The notes beneath the pieces are model-generated. The model ran no database searches. It worked only from the letters and a program-made list of their open reading frames with translations, and was not told where the DNA came from. DNA of 64,000 bases, taken from the NCBI GenBank assembly GCA_038153405.1, contig JAYOYH010000012.1:11021-75020 (forward strand), in the 5' to 3' direction. Below are positions 9,065 through 17,440 of the stretch, piece by piece. The stretch's first letter is position 1, and the number at the start of each line of letters is the position of its first letter. Both the position numbers and the translations under genes were made by a program. Source of the stretch: Gemmatimonadota bacterium (GTDB lineage Bacteria; Latescibacterota; UBA2968; UBA8231).

Positions 9065-9630
9065 GCGTCATCCACCTCACTCTTGAGGATTTCCTGTAGT
9101 TTTTTCATGCCGCGCGAAAGGCGCGATAACACCGTGCCCTCCGCCAAGTCTAGCATCTCGGCCGTGTCCCTAGTGGAGTAGCCTTCCAACATGCGCAGGA
9201 CCACTACGGCGCGAAACTCTGGGCTGATCTGCTGCAGCGCCGCCTGTACCTCTTCGCGGCGCTCTTGGCCAGCGCGTTCTTCGCGACCGTCTACGCCAAC
9301 CTCTTCCGGCGCATTGTGCTCTTCGTCGCGACTCCAAAAGCGCAAGCGCATGCGCTTGCGGCGCTTGATGGCATTGAGCGATAGATTGATCGCTATGCGC
9401 GTCAGGTAAGTACCCACCGCCGCATCGCCGCGAAATACGTCGAGGGCTTCATAAAATCGAATAAAAACTTCCTGTCCGACGTCTTCGGCCTCGGCGCCGG
9501 CGCCCAACATCCCCACAACCGTCGCAGCCACTCGACTTTCGTATTGCTCCACCAGTGCGCGAAAGGCTCTTTCATCGCCTGCTTTAGCGCGAGCGATTCG
9601 CTCCGTATCGGTGGCTAGCTGCTCCTCCAT
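9061..9630 (-). CDS. ECF RNA polymerase sigma factor
   Basis: GDERAF..LV..Y, AEDVGQEVF, YLTRIAIN (region 2), GYS..TA..L....GTV.SRLSR (region 4). Confidence 0.93.
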   Translation of the reverse strand: MEEQLATDTERIARAKAGDERAFRALVEQYESRVAATVVGMLGAGAEAEDVGQEVFIRFYEALDVFRGDAAVGTYLTRIAINLSLNAIKRRKRMRLRFWSRDEEHNAPEEVGVDGREERAGQERREEVQAALQQISPEFRAVVVLRMLEGYSTRDTAEMLDLAEGTVLSRLSRGMKKLQEILKSEVDDA

Positions 9631-9636
9631 ATACAT

Positions 9637-9666
9637 TTAGACAGTATATCGGCCATTTCCATTCCC
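9637..9666 (-). promoter_or_regulatory. Putative autoregulatory ECF promoter, probably giving a leaderless mRNA
   Basis: GGGAATG-N17-GTCTAA ending 6 nt before the ATG at 9630; no room for an RBS. Confidence 0.65.
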
Positions 9667-9917
9667 ACTGCACGCAAGGACCATCACCGATCCGCTGTCC
9701 GCCACTCCAATTCCTCGTTATGAGTCTGATAACCTCGCACCTGACACCGCGCAAGGGACTGCACGGCCGTAAAATACGGTTTGGCGCGCTGCGCTACCAG
9801 CACATTAATCCTTCTGCTGGCAGCAAATAGGAGACTGCCGGCATACCGGGGCGTTGTCATTAGCGTCGTTTTTAGTACTTTTGTCCTGTCCTTTCCACCC
9901 ATTCCAACGCCTCCTCC

Positions 9918-11213
9918 ATGCGCATCCTCACGCTCGGTCTCAACCATCACACTGCACCGGTAGAAATACGCGAGCGACTGGCCTTTCCAGAAAACGACCA
10001 GCCGCAGGCCCTGACCCGCCTGCTGGAGGAATACGGCTTAAGCGAAGCGGCTATTCTCTCCACCTGCAATCGCTCAGAGCTCTACATCGCCGTCGATAGC
10101 GATAGCGGTATCGAGGGAGCACATCGCTTTTTGGCCGATACGCGCGCAGTGGACGTGCAGCAGCTGCAGTCGCACTTCTACATGCTCAGCGGTGAAGACG
10201 CCGCCACGCACCTGTTCCGCGTGGCCTGCGGCATTGATTCGCTAGTGCTCGGCGAGTCGCAGATTCTCAAACAGGTGCGCACCGCGCTCGATACGGCGCA
10301 GCGCAACGGCTCGGCGCGCCTTCTGCTCAACGAGTTGTTCCAGCGCTCGCTGCGCACGGGCAAACGCGCGCGCAGCGAGACGGATATCGGCCGCGGACAC
10401 CTGTCGATCAGCACGGCGGCCGTCGAATTAGCCGGGCAGGTATTCGATCACCTCGAGAGCTGCCACACCATGCTGCTGGGTGCCGGTGAAATGGGCGAAC
10501 TAACGGCCCAGTACCTGATCGATGCCGAGGTCGCCTCGCTGCGGGTAGCCAACCGCACGTTCGCCCGCGCCGAAGAGTTGGCGCAGCGCTTTGGCGGTCA
10601 GGCTGTCGACTTTGCCCACCTCGTCGATCACCTAGCCAAAACCGATATCGTCATTTCCTCGACCTCGGCGCCCGACTTTGTCGTGACGCCCCCCATGCTG
10701 CGCGAAGCCATGGAACTGCGCCGCGGTCGGCCCATATTCCTCATCGATATTGCCGTGCCGCGCGACATCGATCCGGCCGTGCGCCAGATCGACAATGTGT
10801 TCCTCTTCGATATCGACGATTTACAGCAGGTCGTGGCGAGCAACAAAACGGAGCGCGAGCGCGAAATCGACAAGGTGCAGCTGATTATCGAAGACGAATT
10901 GCGCGACTTCCTGCACTGGTTTAACGCACTGAGCGCCGGTCCGCTAATCCGCGATCTGCGCCGGCACGCGGCCGAACTGCAGCACGTCGAACTGCGGCGC
11001 TGGAGCGCCAAGCTCGATCGCCTGCCGGAGGAGGACCGCAAGCTGGTCGAAGGCATTCTGCGCGGCTACGCCAACAAGCTGCTGCACCAGCCACTGGTCC
11101 AGGTGCGCCAATTTGCCAACGACGACGACGGCTATATGCGCTTTGACACCGTGCGTCGCCTCTTTGGCCTCGACGACCAAGGGGACGATGACGCGGAGCA
11201 GGAGACTTCATGA
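9918..11213 (+). CDS. hemA: Glutamyl-tRNA reductase
   Basis: GLNHHTAP, LSTCNRSE, GIDSLVLGESQI, GAGEMG, ANRT, DIAVPRD. Confidence 0.97.
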   Translation: MRILTLGLNHHTAPVEIRERLAFPENDQPQALTRLLEEYGLSEAAILSTCNRSELYIAVDSDSGIEGAHRFLADTRAVDVQQLQSHFYMLSGEDAATHLFRVACGIDSLVLGESQILKQVRTALDTAQRNGSARLLLNELFQRSLRTGKRARSETDIGRGHLSISTAAVELAGQVFDHLESCHTMLLGAGEMGELTAQYLIDAEVASLRVANRTFARAEELAQRFGGQAVDFAHLVDHLAKTDIVISSTSAPDFVVTPPMLREAMELRRGRPIFLIDIAVPRDIDPAVRQIDNVFLFDIDDLQQVVASNKTEREREIDKVQLIIEDELRDFLHWFNALSAGPLIRDLRRHAAELQHVELRRWSAKLDRLPEEDRKLVEGILRGYANKLLHQPLVQVRQFANDDDGYMRFDTVRRLFGLDDQGDDDAEQETS

Positions 11214-12106
11214 CCACCGCATGCGCCATCACCCTCGGTATTTCCCTGGTGCTCTACCTGACAGCCGCACTGCTCTTTCAGGGCTCTTTCCTGCTGCGCA
11301 AAGCAGGCTGGGAGCACCGCGGTCGACGCGCCCTGCTCGTCGGCGTTACCGTACACGCGCTGGGTATGGGCCTGCACGCCACGCTGTCGGGTCAATCGCC
11401 GTTTTCCAGCATGCTCGTCGTCATATCGTGGCTGATTATCGTCCTGCTCGGCGCGGCGCTGCTAGCCGAGCACTACACCCATATTCGCTACCTGAGTCTG
11501 TTGGCTTCGCCCTTGGCCTTTCTCGCCCTGCTCTATCCCATCCTCATGCCGGTGCAACTTGACGATAGCCAGTATGTCCTCGTGCAATACCCCTGGCTCG
11601 GGGTGCACGTCGTTCTCACGCTGCTCGGCTACGTCGGCTTTGCGCTGGCCTTCTGCACGGCCGTTACCTATCTGCTGCAGCAGCGCGCGCTCAAGAGCGG
11701 ACGCCTGAACCACTACCTGCCCGCGCTCGACACCTCCGCAACGGCGACTTTCCGCTTTGCCGGTATCGGTTTCTCGATCTTCACGCTCGGTCTCGGCATG
11801 GGCATCATCTGGCTCTTTGGCGCACCCGGCGAGCACTTGCAGAGCCGCGATACCAAGGTGTGGATGGCCATCCCAACCTGGGCCGTCTTTGCCTACTATC
11901 TATATGTCCGCGGTATCCATCGCCGGCACGGTAGTCGCCTCAAGTGGATCGTCATCGTCGGCTTCCTCCTAGCCCTGGCCAATCTCGTAGGCGTGCGCCA
12001 CGACTTTAATGGATCCGCACCGGTTCCAGATGAGCCCACCGGCGTGGCTACCCAACGCCGTGCGCCGCTTGCCCAATTGGATGGCCCCCCGTGGCCTCTG
12101 CTATAG
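11210..12106 (+). CDS. Cytochrome c assembly family (CcsA/HemX-like) membrane protein
   Basis: About 8 TMs, W..VHV..TLLGY, YLLQQR.LK, LP.LD, G...FTLG, DTK; ATGA-coupled to hemA. Confidence 0.8.
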   Translation: MTTACAITLGISLVLYLTAALLFQGSFLLRKAGWEHRGRRALLVGVTVHALGMGLHATLSGQSPFSSMLVVISWLIIVLLGAALLAEHYTHIRYLSLLASPLAFLALLYPILMPVQLDDSQYVLVQYPWLGVHVVLTLLGYVGFALAFCTAVTYLLQQRALKSGRLNHYLPALDTSATATFRFAGIGFSIFTLGLGMGIIWLFGAPGEHLQSRDTKVWMAIPTWAVFAYYLYVRGIHRRHGSRLKWIVIVGFLLALANLVGVRHDFNGSAPVPDEPTGVATQRRAPLAQLDGPPWPLL

Positions 12107-12253
12107 CGGCAACAGCAGCGTGCAACAATGCAACTTTACGTTGCAATATGTCGCCCTACATGCAGCATTGTGCATCATTTATTTTTTAAAATACAAATAA
12201 GCAAGATTTTGTTTTTTATTGCTTTACATTCTTTTTTACAATAAAAAAAACGC

Positions 12254-12269
12254 TGGCATACGTCTTGCA
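12254..12269 (+). promoter_or_regulatory. Sigma54 (-24/-12) promoter
   Basis: TGGCATACGTCTTGCA (GG-N10-GC); preceded by an AT-rich tract (12175-12250) and TGCA-based inverted repeats (12121-12175). Confidence 0.75.
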
Positions 12270-12333
12270 GTAATGGTAGCAACCCGCTGCGTTTACACGC
12301 AGTGCCAATACTTTTACCCGTGGAGAACGCGCC

Positions 12334-12522
12334 ATGAAACGCGAGCGCTGGATTCGCCTGATCGCCGGCACCTTTGTGATGGCTAGCTTGGCTTTGGGAC
12401 ACTTCGTCAATCCCTACTTCTACCTCTTTACTGCCTTTGTCGGCCTCAACCTCTTCCAGTCCTCGCTGACGCAGTGGTGTTTAATGGACGATATTCTGCG
12501 CAAAGTAGGGGTGCGGGGATAG
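12334..12522 (+). CDS. DUF2892 / YgaP-like small membrane protein
   Basis: ERWIRLIAG, FVGLNLFQS.LT.WC.M motif; GGAG RBS. Confidence 0.88.
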   Translation: MKRERWIRLIAGTFVMASLALGHFVNPYFYLFTAFVGLNLFQSSLTQWCLMDDILRKVGVRG

Positions 12523-12532
12523 GAGCATTCAC

Positions 12533-12709
12533 TTGGCAGACCTAATAGCTATCGCACTTTTTCTCGGCGCCTACTACGCCCTACAGCGCTACCTACTTCC
12601 CTACTTTGGGGTCCCTACCTGAATGGCTCCAACGCTCCCGGAGGGAGATCAAAACGGAGTGGATGCCACCCGTGCGGAAAACGACAAATTAGAGCGCGAG
12701 CTGCAGTGA
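12533..12709 (+). CDS. Unannotated small membrane protein; possible selenoprotein (UGA at 12620-12622), otherwise a 29-aa peptide ending at 12622
   Basis: AGGAG RBS then TTG; MADLIAIALFLGAYYALQRYLLPYFGVPT-UGA-MAPTLPEGDQ...ELQ; hairpin CTCCC-GGA-GGGAG starts 13 nt after the UGA. Confidence 0.5.
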
Positions 12710-12731
12710 GTCGCAGGTGCATCTTATCGAC

Positions 12732-13964
12732 TCAGTAGGGCCGCACCAAAAGGGGAATTTCCATCTCTGCCGCGGTTAGACCACCGTGCGCACCGTAGTG
12801 AATTTGCTCGAACTTGCCGCGCTCGTACCACCAGACCGAATGCCCCTCGTGCGGCAGAATCACCAAGTCGCCAATGTGGGCGCTAAACGCCTCGCTCGGC
12901 AGGCCCGGTCCAAACAGGCCGCTCGCCACCAAGTCGGCGCAGCGCAGTACCGATGCCCTGCCACTCAAGCGCATCTCAAAAAACGCCTGTGCCTCGTCTA
13001 ACAGCCCTTCTTTGATATAGAGAAACATATCGCGGCACGAACCGGCCGGCACCAGCAACTGGCCGCTGCCGCTGCGGCGCAGAAAGCGCTCGACGCCGTC
13101 GAACTCCGGTTCGATATTGAGGTAGATCGTCGTGCGCGGATCGACCGCGGCCATGCCGTGATCGGCGACTACGATGAGCAGCGTATCGCCGTCGACGCCC
13201 TCGCCAAGCACCTGCTCGGCCGTCGATAGAAAGGCATCGACTTCGGCGTCGATATGCGCTGAGTCGGGCCCCTGCACGTGCCCCACCTGATCGATGCCAT
13301 CAAAATAGAAGAAGAAATAAGCCGGATCCGTCTCATCCCGCAGCCGCGCCTTGAGCGAGGTCAGCCCTTCGGCCAGCGTCCGATAGGGCACGACGTCGGC
13401 CCCGTCGTAAGTCAGCCGCGCATAGGGCGATATCAGGTGCAGGGCCGGCTGGAAGGCACACGAGCGAATACCCATTTCCTCCAGATCGCGGTAGATCGTC
13501 TGGGTCGGCAATATTTCTTCGGGCTCTATGTCGACCAGAGCGTTGCGCATCTTGGTTCCCACCGGCGAGAACAGCAGCGGCGCGATAATTTGATCGACCA
13601 GCGGCTCGTAGTACTGCCACTCGTACACACCGCTCTCTATCGGCGGCATGCCCGTGTGAATGCAGGTCACGTGGGCGGCGGTAGTAGAGGGAAACTGCGC
13701 GGTGATTTTTTCGGCGACACCCCCCTCGACAAAGCGGCGCAAAAAGGGGTTATCGCGCAGGCGGGGTTGGCAAAAGCGCCAACCAAAAGCGTCGATAAAA
13801 AGCAGCGCGACTTTCTTCCAGCGCCGGTGGAGCGGGCCGAGCAGTTGGCTCGACAAGCCGGGTCCACCCTGTCCGGTCAATACGTGGCGCACGGTCTGCG
13901 GGAGGTCGGCAAACGAACGCGTCCCGTACTGCGGCAGAACTACCTCTCTGTCAAACACATGCAC
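12732..13964 (-). CDS. Alkaline phosphatase superfamily (nucleotide pyrophosphatase/phosphodiesterase) protein
   Basis: FIDAFG, FPSTT, D..GH..GP, ADHG, G.HGGLT..EM.IP. Confidence 0.88.
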   Translation of the reverse strand: MHVFDREVVLPQYGTRSFADLPQTVRHVLTGQGGPGLSSQLLGPLHRRWKKVALLFIDAFGWRFCQPRLRDNPFLRRFVEGGVAEKITAQFPSTTAAHVTCIHTGMPPIESGVYEWQYYEPLVDQIIAPLLFSPVGTKMRNALVDIEPEEILPTQTIYRDLEEMGIRSCAFQPALHLISPYARLTYDGADVVPYRTLAEGLTSLKARLRDETDPAYFFFYFDGIDQVGHVQGPDSAHIDAEVDAFLSTAEQVLGEGVDGDTLLIVVADHGMAAVDPRTTIYLNIEPEFDGVERFLRRSGSGQLLVPAGSCRDMFLYIKEGLLDEAQAFFEMRLSGRASVLRCADLVASGLFGPGLPSEAFSAHIGDLVILPHEGHSVWWYERGKFEQIHYGAHGGLTAAEMEIPLLVRPY

Positions 13965-14006
13965 CCCCGAAAATATTGCTCTGATAGATGACCATAGATA
14001 AGCGCG

Positions 14007-15887
14007 TTAATAAACGACGGAAACCGCGCCGGCGCGAGCTCGTCGGCCCACACCGGCATCGACTTCGATGCGGTAGATGTAGGTGCCGGGCGGCACGCGG
14101 TGCCCCCATGCATCGCGGCCGTCCCACACCCGGGCGTGCCGACCGCTCAACTCTTGGGCGGTTTGACCGCGGCGCACCAGGCGCCCATCGAGGCTGAAGA
14201 CCTCGAAAGCGACCGGCGCCGGACGCGTCAGCTTGAGCACGTCGTAGGCAATGAGCAGATAGTCGTTGATGCCATCGTCGTTGGGCGTTAGCAGCGGCGA
14301 GGTGCTGGCGATCGAACCGACTAAGGGCGGATCCTCTTGGCGCAGGCGCACCGCCAGGCTGCCGCCGAGGCTGAGCGGATCGACATCGCCCTCGCGCGCA
14401 AATTGGTACACCGTATCGATCTGCGCGCTGTCGGCGCCCTTGCGCCGGTCGAGCACGCGCACCTGAAACGGCGTGCCGTCGACAAAGATGGCGGCGCGAA
14501 AAAAGAGCTGCACGAAGCTGCCATCCCGCACGACGCGCTGCCACAGATTGACGTCGAAGCCGCTCTCGCGCTCCGTGTCCGCGGTGAAGACCACGAGCTG
14601 GTCGTCGACGCGCACGCTGTCGACGGCAAAGACCTTTGCCGGCGTCTCTACGCTGAGAAAGCGAAACCCCGTCGAACCGCTTTCGCCGCGTCGCATTTGC
14701 ATCGACAGCACAAAGGGGGTTTCCACACCAGCGTCGACCTGCAGCGGGCTGATTTCGGCGCGCAGCGCGTCGGCTAGGGGACGAGTAGAGTATTCGAAGA
14801 CCAGGCGTTCCAGCTTGGCGCCGGGTTCCAACAGGCGCACGCGAAATTGGATGTAGCGGTTGGGGCTGGGCGAGCGGATCAGATCGCCGTCTACCGTTTC
14901 CCAACTGCTCCACTCGGGGTTGGGCAGCACGGGCCCCTGTTCGAGGGCGCCGAGAATGCCGTCGATGCCGTCGATGCCCTCCCATACATCGCGCGACTCG
15001 CGCCGCAGTCGCGCGCCCGATTGCACATAGTAGTGCAGCGGTTCCTCGTCGGGACCGGTGCGCGTCTGTAACACCACCGGCAGGTCTTGCAATCCGACCG
15101 CGCCCTCGTGGCGCACTACGCCCCATCCCGGCGTGCCGCTGCTGGCCAGCAGCGGCTGCGATACGAACTCACCGGTCGGCACAGTGCCGTCGGCATAGAC
15201 CTCAATTTCGGCGATTTCCCAGGGCAGGCTATTGAGCGGCACAAAGCGCAAATAGCGCGTTTGGCGCGTGCCCGTGACCTGGCGCGTGCCGGGCCAGTCG
15301 ATTATTGCGCGGTAGTTGGGCCGCGTGCGCGAATAGCGTATCAGCTGCGAAAAGTCCTGATCAATAACGACGCGCAGAAACTCCAGCGCCGTCTGCCGCT
15401 GCCCTAGCCCCAGTTCAAAAGACTGCGGAAACGAATCGACGTGATCGCTGTCCAAACGCGGAAATACGCGGACGCGATTGATGCCGAATACGCCGCCCAG
15501 ATCGACAAAGACCTCCACGTCGCGCTCGACGCCGGCCTCGTCCGGATTAAAGGCGGTTGCCACATCGCCATCGACCAGCGCTTCGGCTGCACTCGAGTTA
15601 AGTATGGTAAACGTATCGGTAAATTCGCCGGGGCCCGTCTGCAGCGGCCGCACGCCGCCCAGATAGGCGCCGCCGCCGCGCGCAACGGCTAGGGGAGCGA
15701 TATTCTGGTCTACCGGAGCCGACCACGTCCACACCGAGTCGGCATTCACCTGTACAAAGGCACTGGAGTCCATCACCGCATCCCACGGCACGCCGCCGCG
15801 GCCAACGACCAGGCGCAGCTGTGCTTCGCTCCACGAGGCCATGCAGCACAGCATCGCGCCAAGCCACAGGAATAAACGCCGTCTCAT
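14007..15887 (-). CDS. Secreted protein with discoidin-like domain and C-terminal FlgD-Ig/CHU_C-like domain (paralog C)
   Basis: Signal peptide (SEA-Q), FVDLGG...RVRVFP, EIAEIEVY, TRTG..WSSW..SPSPNRYIQF, LTPNDDGIND, WDGRD..G..VPPGTY. Confidence 0.75.
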   Translation of the reverse strand: MRRRLFLWLGAMLCCMASWSEAQLRLVVGRGGVPWDAVMDSSAFVQVNADSVWTWSAPVDQNIAPLAVARGGGAYLGGVRPLQTGPGEFTDTFTILNSSAAEALVDGDVATAFNPDEAGVERDVEVFVDLGGVFGINRVRVFPRLDSDHVDSFPQSFELGLGQRQTALEFLRVVIDQDFSQLIRYSRTRPNYRAIIDWPGTRQVTGTRQTRYLRFVPLNSLPWEIAEIEVYADGTVPTGEFVSQPLLASSGTPGWGVVRHEGAVGLQDLPVVLQTRTGPDEEPLHYYVQSGARLRRESRDVWEGIDGIDGILGALEQGPVLPNPEWSSWETVDGDLIRSPSPNRYIQFRVRLLEPGAKLERLVFEYSTRPLADALRAEISPLQVDAGVETPFVLSMQMRRGESGSTGFRFLSVETPAKVFAVDSVRVDDQLVVFTADTERESGFDVNLWQRVVRDGSFVQLFFRAAIFVDGTPFQVRVLDRRKGADSAQIDTVYQFAREGDVDPLSLGGSLAVRLRQEDPPLVGSIASTSPLLTPNDDGINDYLLIAYDVLKLTRPAPVAFEVFSLDGRLVRRGQTAQELSGRHARVWDGRDAWGHRVPPGTYIYRIEVDAGVGRRARAGAVSVVY

Positions 15888-17440
15888 AGCGCCACCCGAA
15901 CCTTGGCCTCATCCAGCGCCTGCAGCAGCCCTTCCAACCCATCTTCGTCGAGCGGGTTATCGCGCAGATCAACGGTGACGAGGGCCTGGAGCTCGAGCAG
16001 CACTTCGATACGCCGTATCTGGTTGTCGTTGGCGCGCAAGCGGATCAGCCGATTCAAGCCGCGCAGCGGCGACAGATCATCGACCTGATTGAAATCGACG
16101 AATAGCAGTTCCAGCGCCGTCAGGCTCGATAAGGCAGATAGGTCGCGCACGCCGTTGCGCGACAGTTCGAGTCCGGTCAGGTTGACTAGGCCGGCCAGCG
16201 GCGAGACGTCTTCTATCCGATTGCGGGAAATATCTAAGGTTTCCAGACTCGTCAGCCGCGCCAGCGGAGACAGGTCCGCAATCTGGTTATCGGCTATGTC
16301 GAGCAGACGCAGGCGGCGCAGGCCGGCCAGCCCCGAAATATCAACGACCTGGTTGTCGTTCAGCGTCAGCGTCGTCAAACGCGTCAGGCGGCGCAGACCA
16401 GAAATATCGTTGACCTCGTTGCTAAACAGGCGCAGCGTTTCCAGCAACACCATGTTTTGCAGCGGCGCGACATCGACGATGCGATTATTGACCAGCACCA
16501 GATCGCGCAGACCGGTCAGGCCGGACAGCGCCGAAATATCGCGCACCGCCGTATTGTTTATCTCCAGGCTCTTCAGCTTTTTGAGCTCGGCCAGCGGCAG
16601 AATGGAAATGATGCCCTCGTCGGCCGACGACGTCGTGCCGCGAATGCTCAGTCGCTCGAGGTTTTCCAACTGCTCCAAGCCAGTCAGTGAAGCCGTGCGG
16701 CCGGGCACGTTGAGCAGCGTAATGGAGCGCAGATCACTCGGCGTTAGATCAGCCGTCGGCTTATCGACGGCGCGGCGCACTGCATCTTCTAGACGGGGGT
16801 CTTCAAAGGCGATGGCCGGCTCGTAAAAACCTACGTGCAGGATGCGCGCGCGCAGGGCTATTACGTCTTCGCTGGTCAAGGGGTTACCCGACAGTTCGAC
16901 GCTCTGCAGACGCCGCAGCGAGGCCAGGGCACCAATGTCGCCCACGGCGTTGTTGTCGATATTGAGCACCTGCAGCAGCAGCAGCGAGCGCAGCGGCGCG
17001 ATATCGGTGATCTCGTTGTCATCGAGGTTGAGATGGGTGAGCTGGCGCAGGCCGGACAGCGGCGCGATATCGCGAATGGCATTGAGCGAGAGGTCGAGCA
17101 CTTGCAGGCGCCGCAGCGCCGACAGCGGCGCGATGTCGACGATCTCGTTGTCCGATAGAAAGAGCGCCTCTAGTCCCGCCAGATCCTCGACCCCCTGCAG
17201 CGAAACCACGCCCTCGCCGGACGCAGACAGCGCGCTAAGCGACGCCAGGTCGTCGTCCTGCAGCGCTCCGCCGGGCTGCTCGAGGACACGGCGCACGGCG
17301 CGCTCCAGACCAGCGTCGACAAAGTGCGTGTGCTCATACGCGACATCCTCTACAGCTGGGTCCTGAGCTACCGGTGCGCGCTCCTGCGCACAGGCGCACA
17401 GCACGAGGCACAGCAAGACCCACGACGCGCGCGCAGACAT
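15884..17440 (-). CDS. Internalin-like leucine-rich-repeat lipoprotein
   Basis: Lipobox VLCAC; 22-aa LRRs (LxxLxLxxNxIxDxxPLxxL); two F.D..LE.AVR cap motifs. Confidence 0.9.
   Translation of the reverse strand: MSARASWVLLCLVLCACAQERAPVAQDPAVEDVAYEHTHFVDAGLERAVRRVLEQPGGALQDDDLASLSALSASGEGVVSLQGVEDLAGLEALFLSDNEIVDIAPLSALRRLQVLDLSLNAIRDIAPLSGLRQLTHLNLDDNEITDIAPLRSLLLLQVLNIDNNAVGDIGALASLRRLQSVELSGNPLTSEDVIALRARILHVGFYEPAIAFEDPRLEDAVRRAVDKPTADLTPSDLRSITLLNVPGRTASLTGLEQLENLERLSIRGTTSSADEGIISILPLAELKKLKSLEINNTAVRDISALSGLTGLRDLVLVNNRIVDVAPLQNMVLLETLRLFSNEVNDISGLRRLTRLTTLTLNDNQVVDISGLAGLRRLRLLDIADNQIADLSPLARLTSLETLDISRNRIEDVSPLAGLVNLTGLELSRNGVRDLSALSSLTALELLFVDFNQVDDLSPLRGLNRLIRLRANDNQIRRIEVLLELQALVTVDLRDNPLDEDGLEGLLQALDEAKVRVAL

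Noticed and set aside
12175-12250. AT-rich tract as replication origin or foreign DNA
   Set aside because: Short, no DnaA boxes seen, and better explained as the spacer of the sigma54 promoter
15950-17180. 66-nt periodicity as a DNA repeat element
   Set aside because: Explained by 22-aa LRR coding repeats
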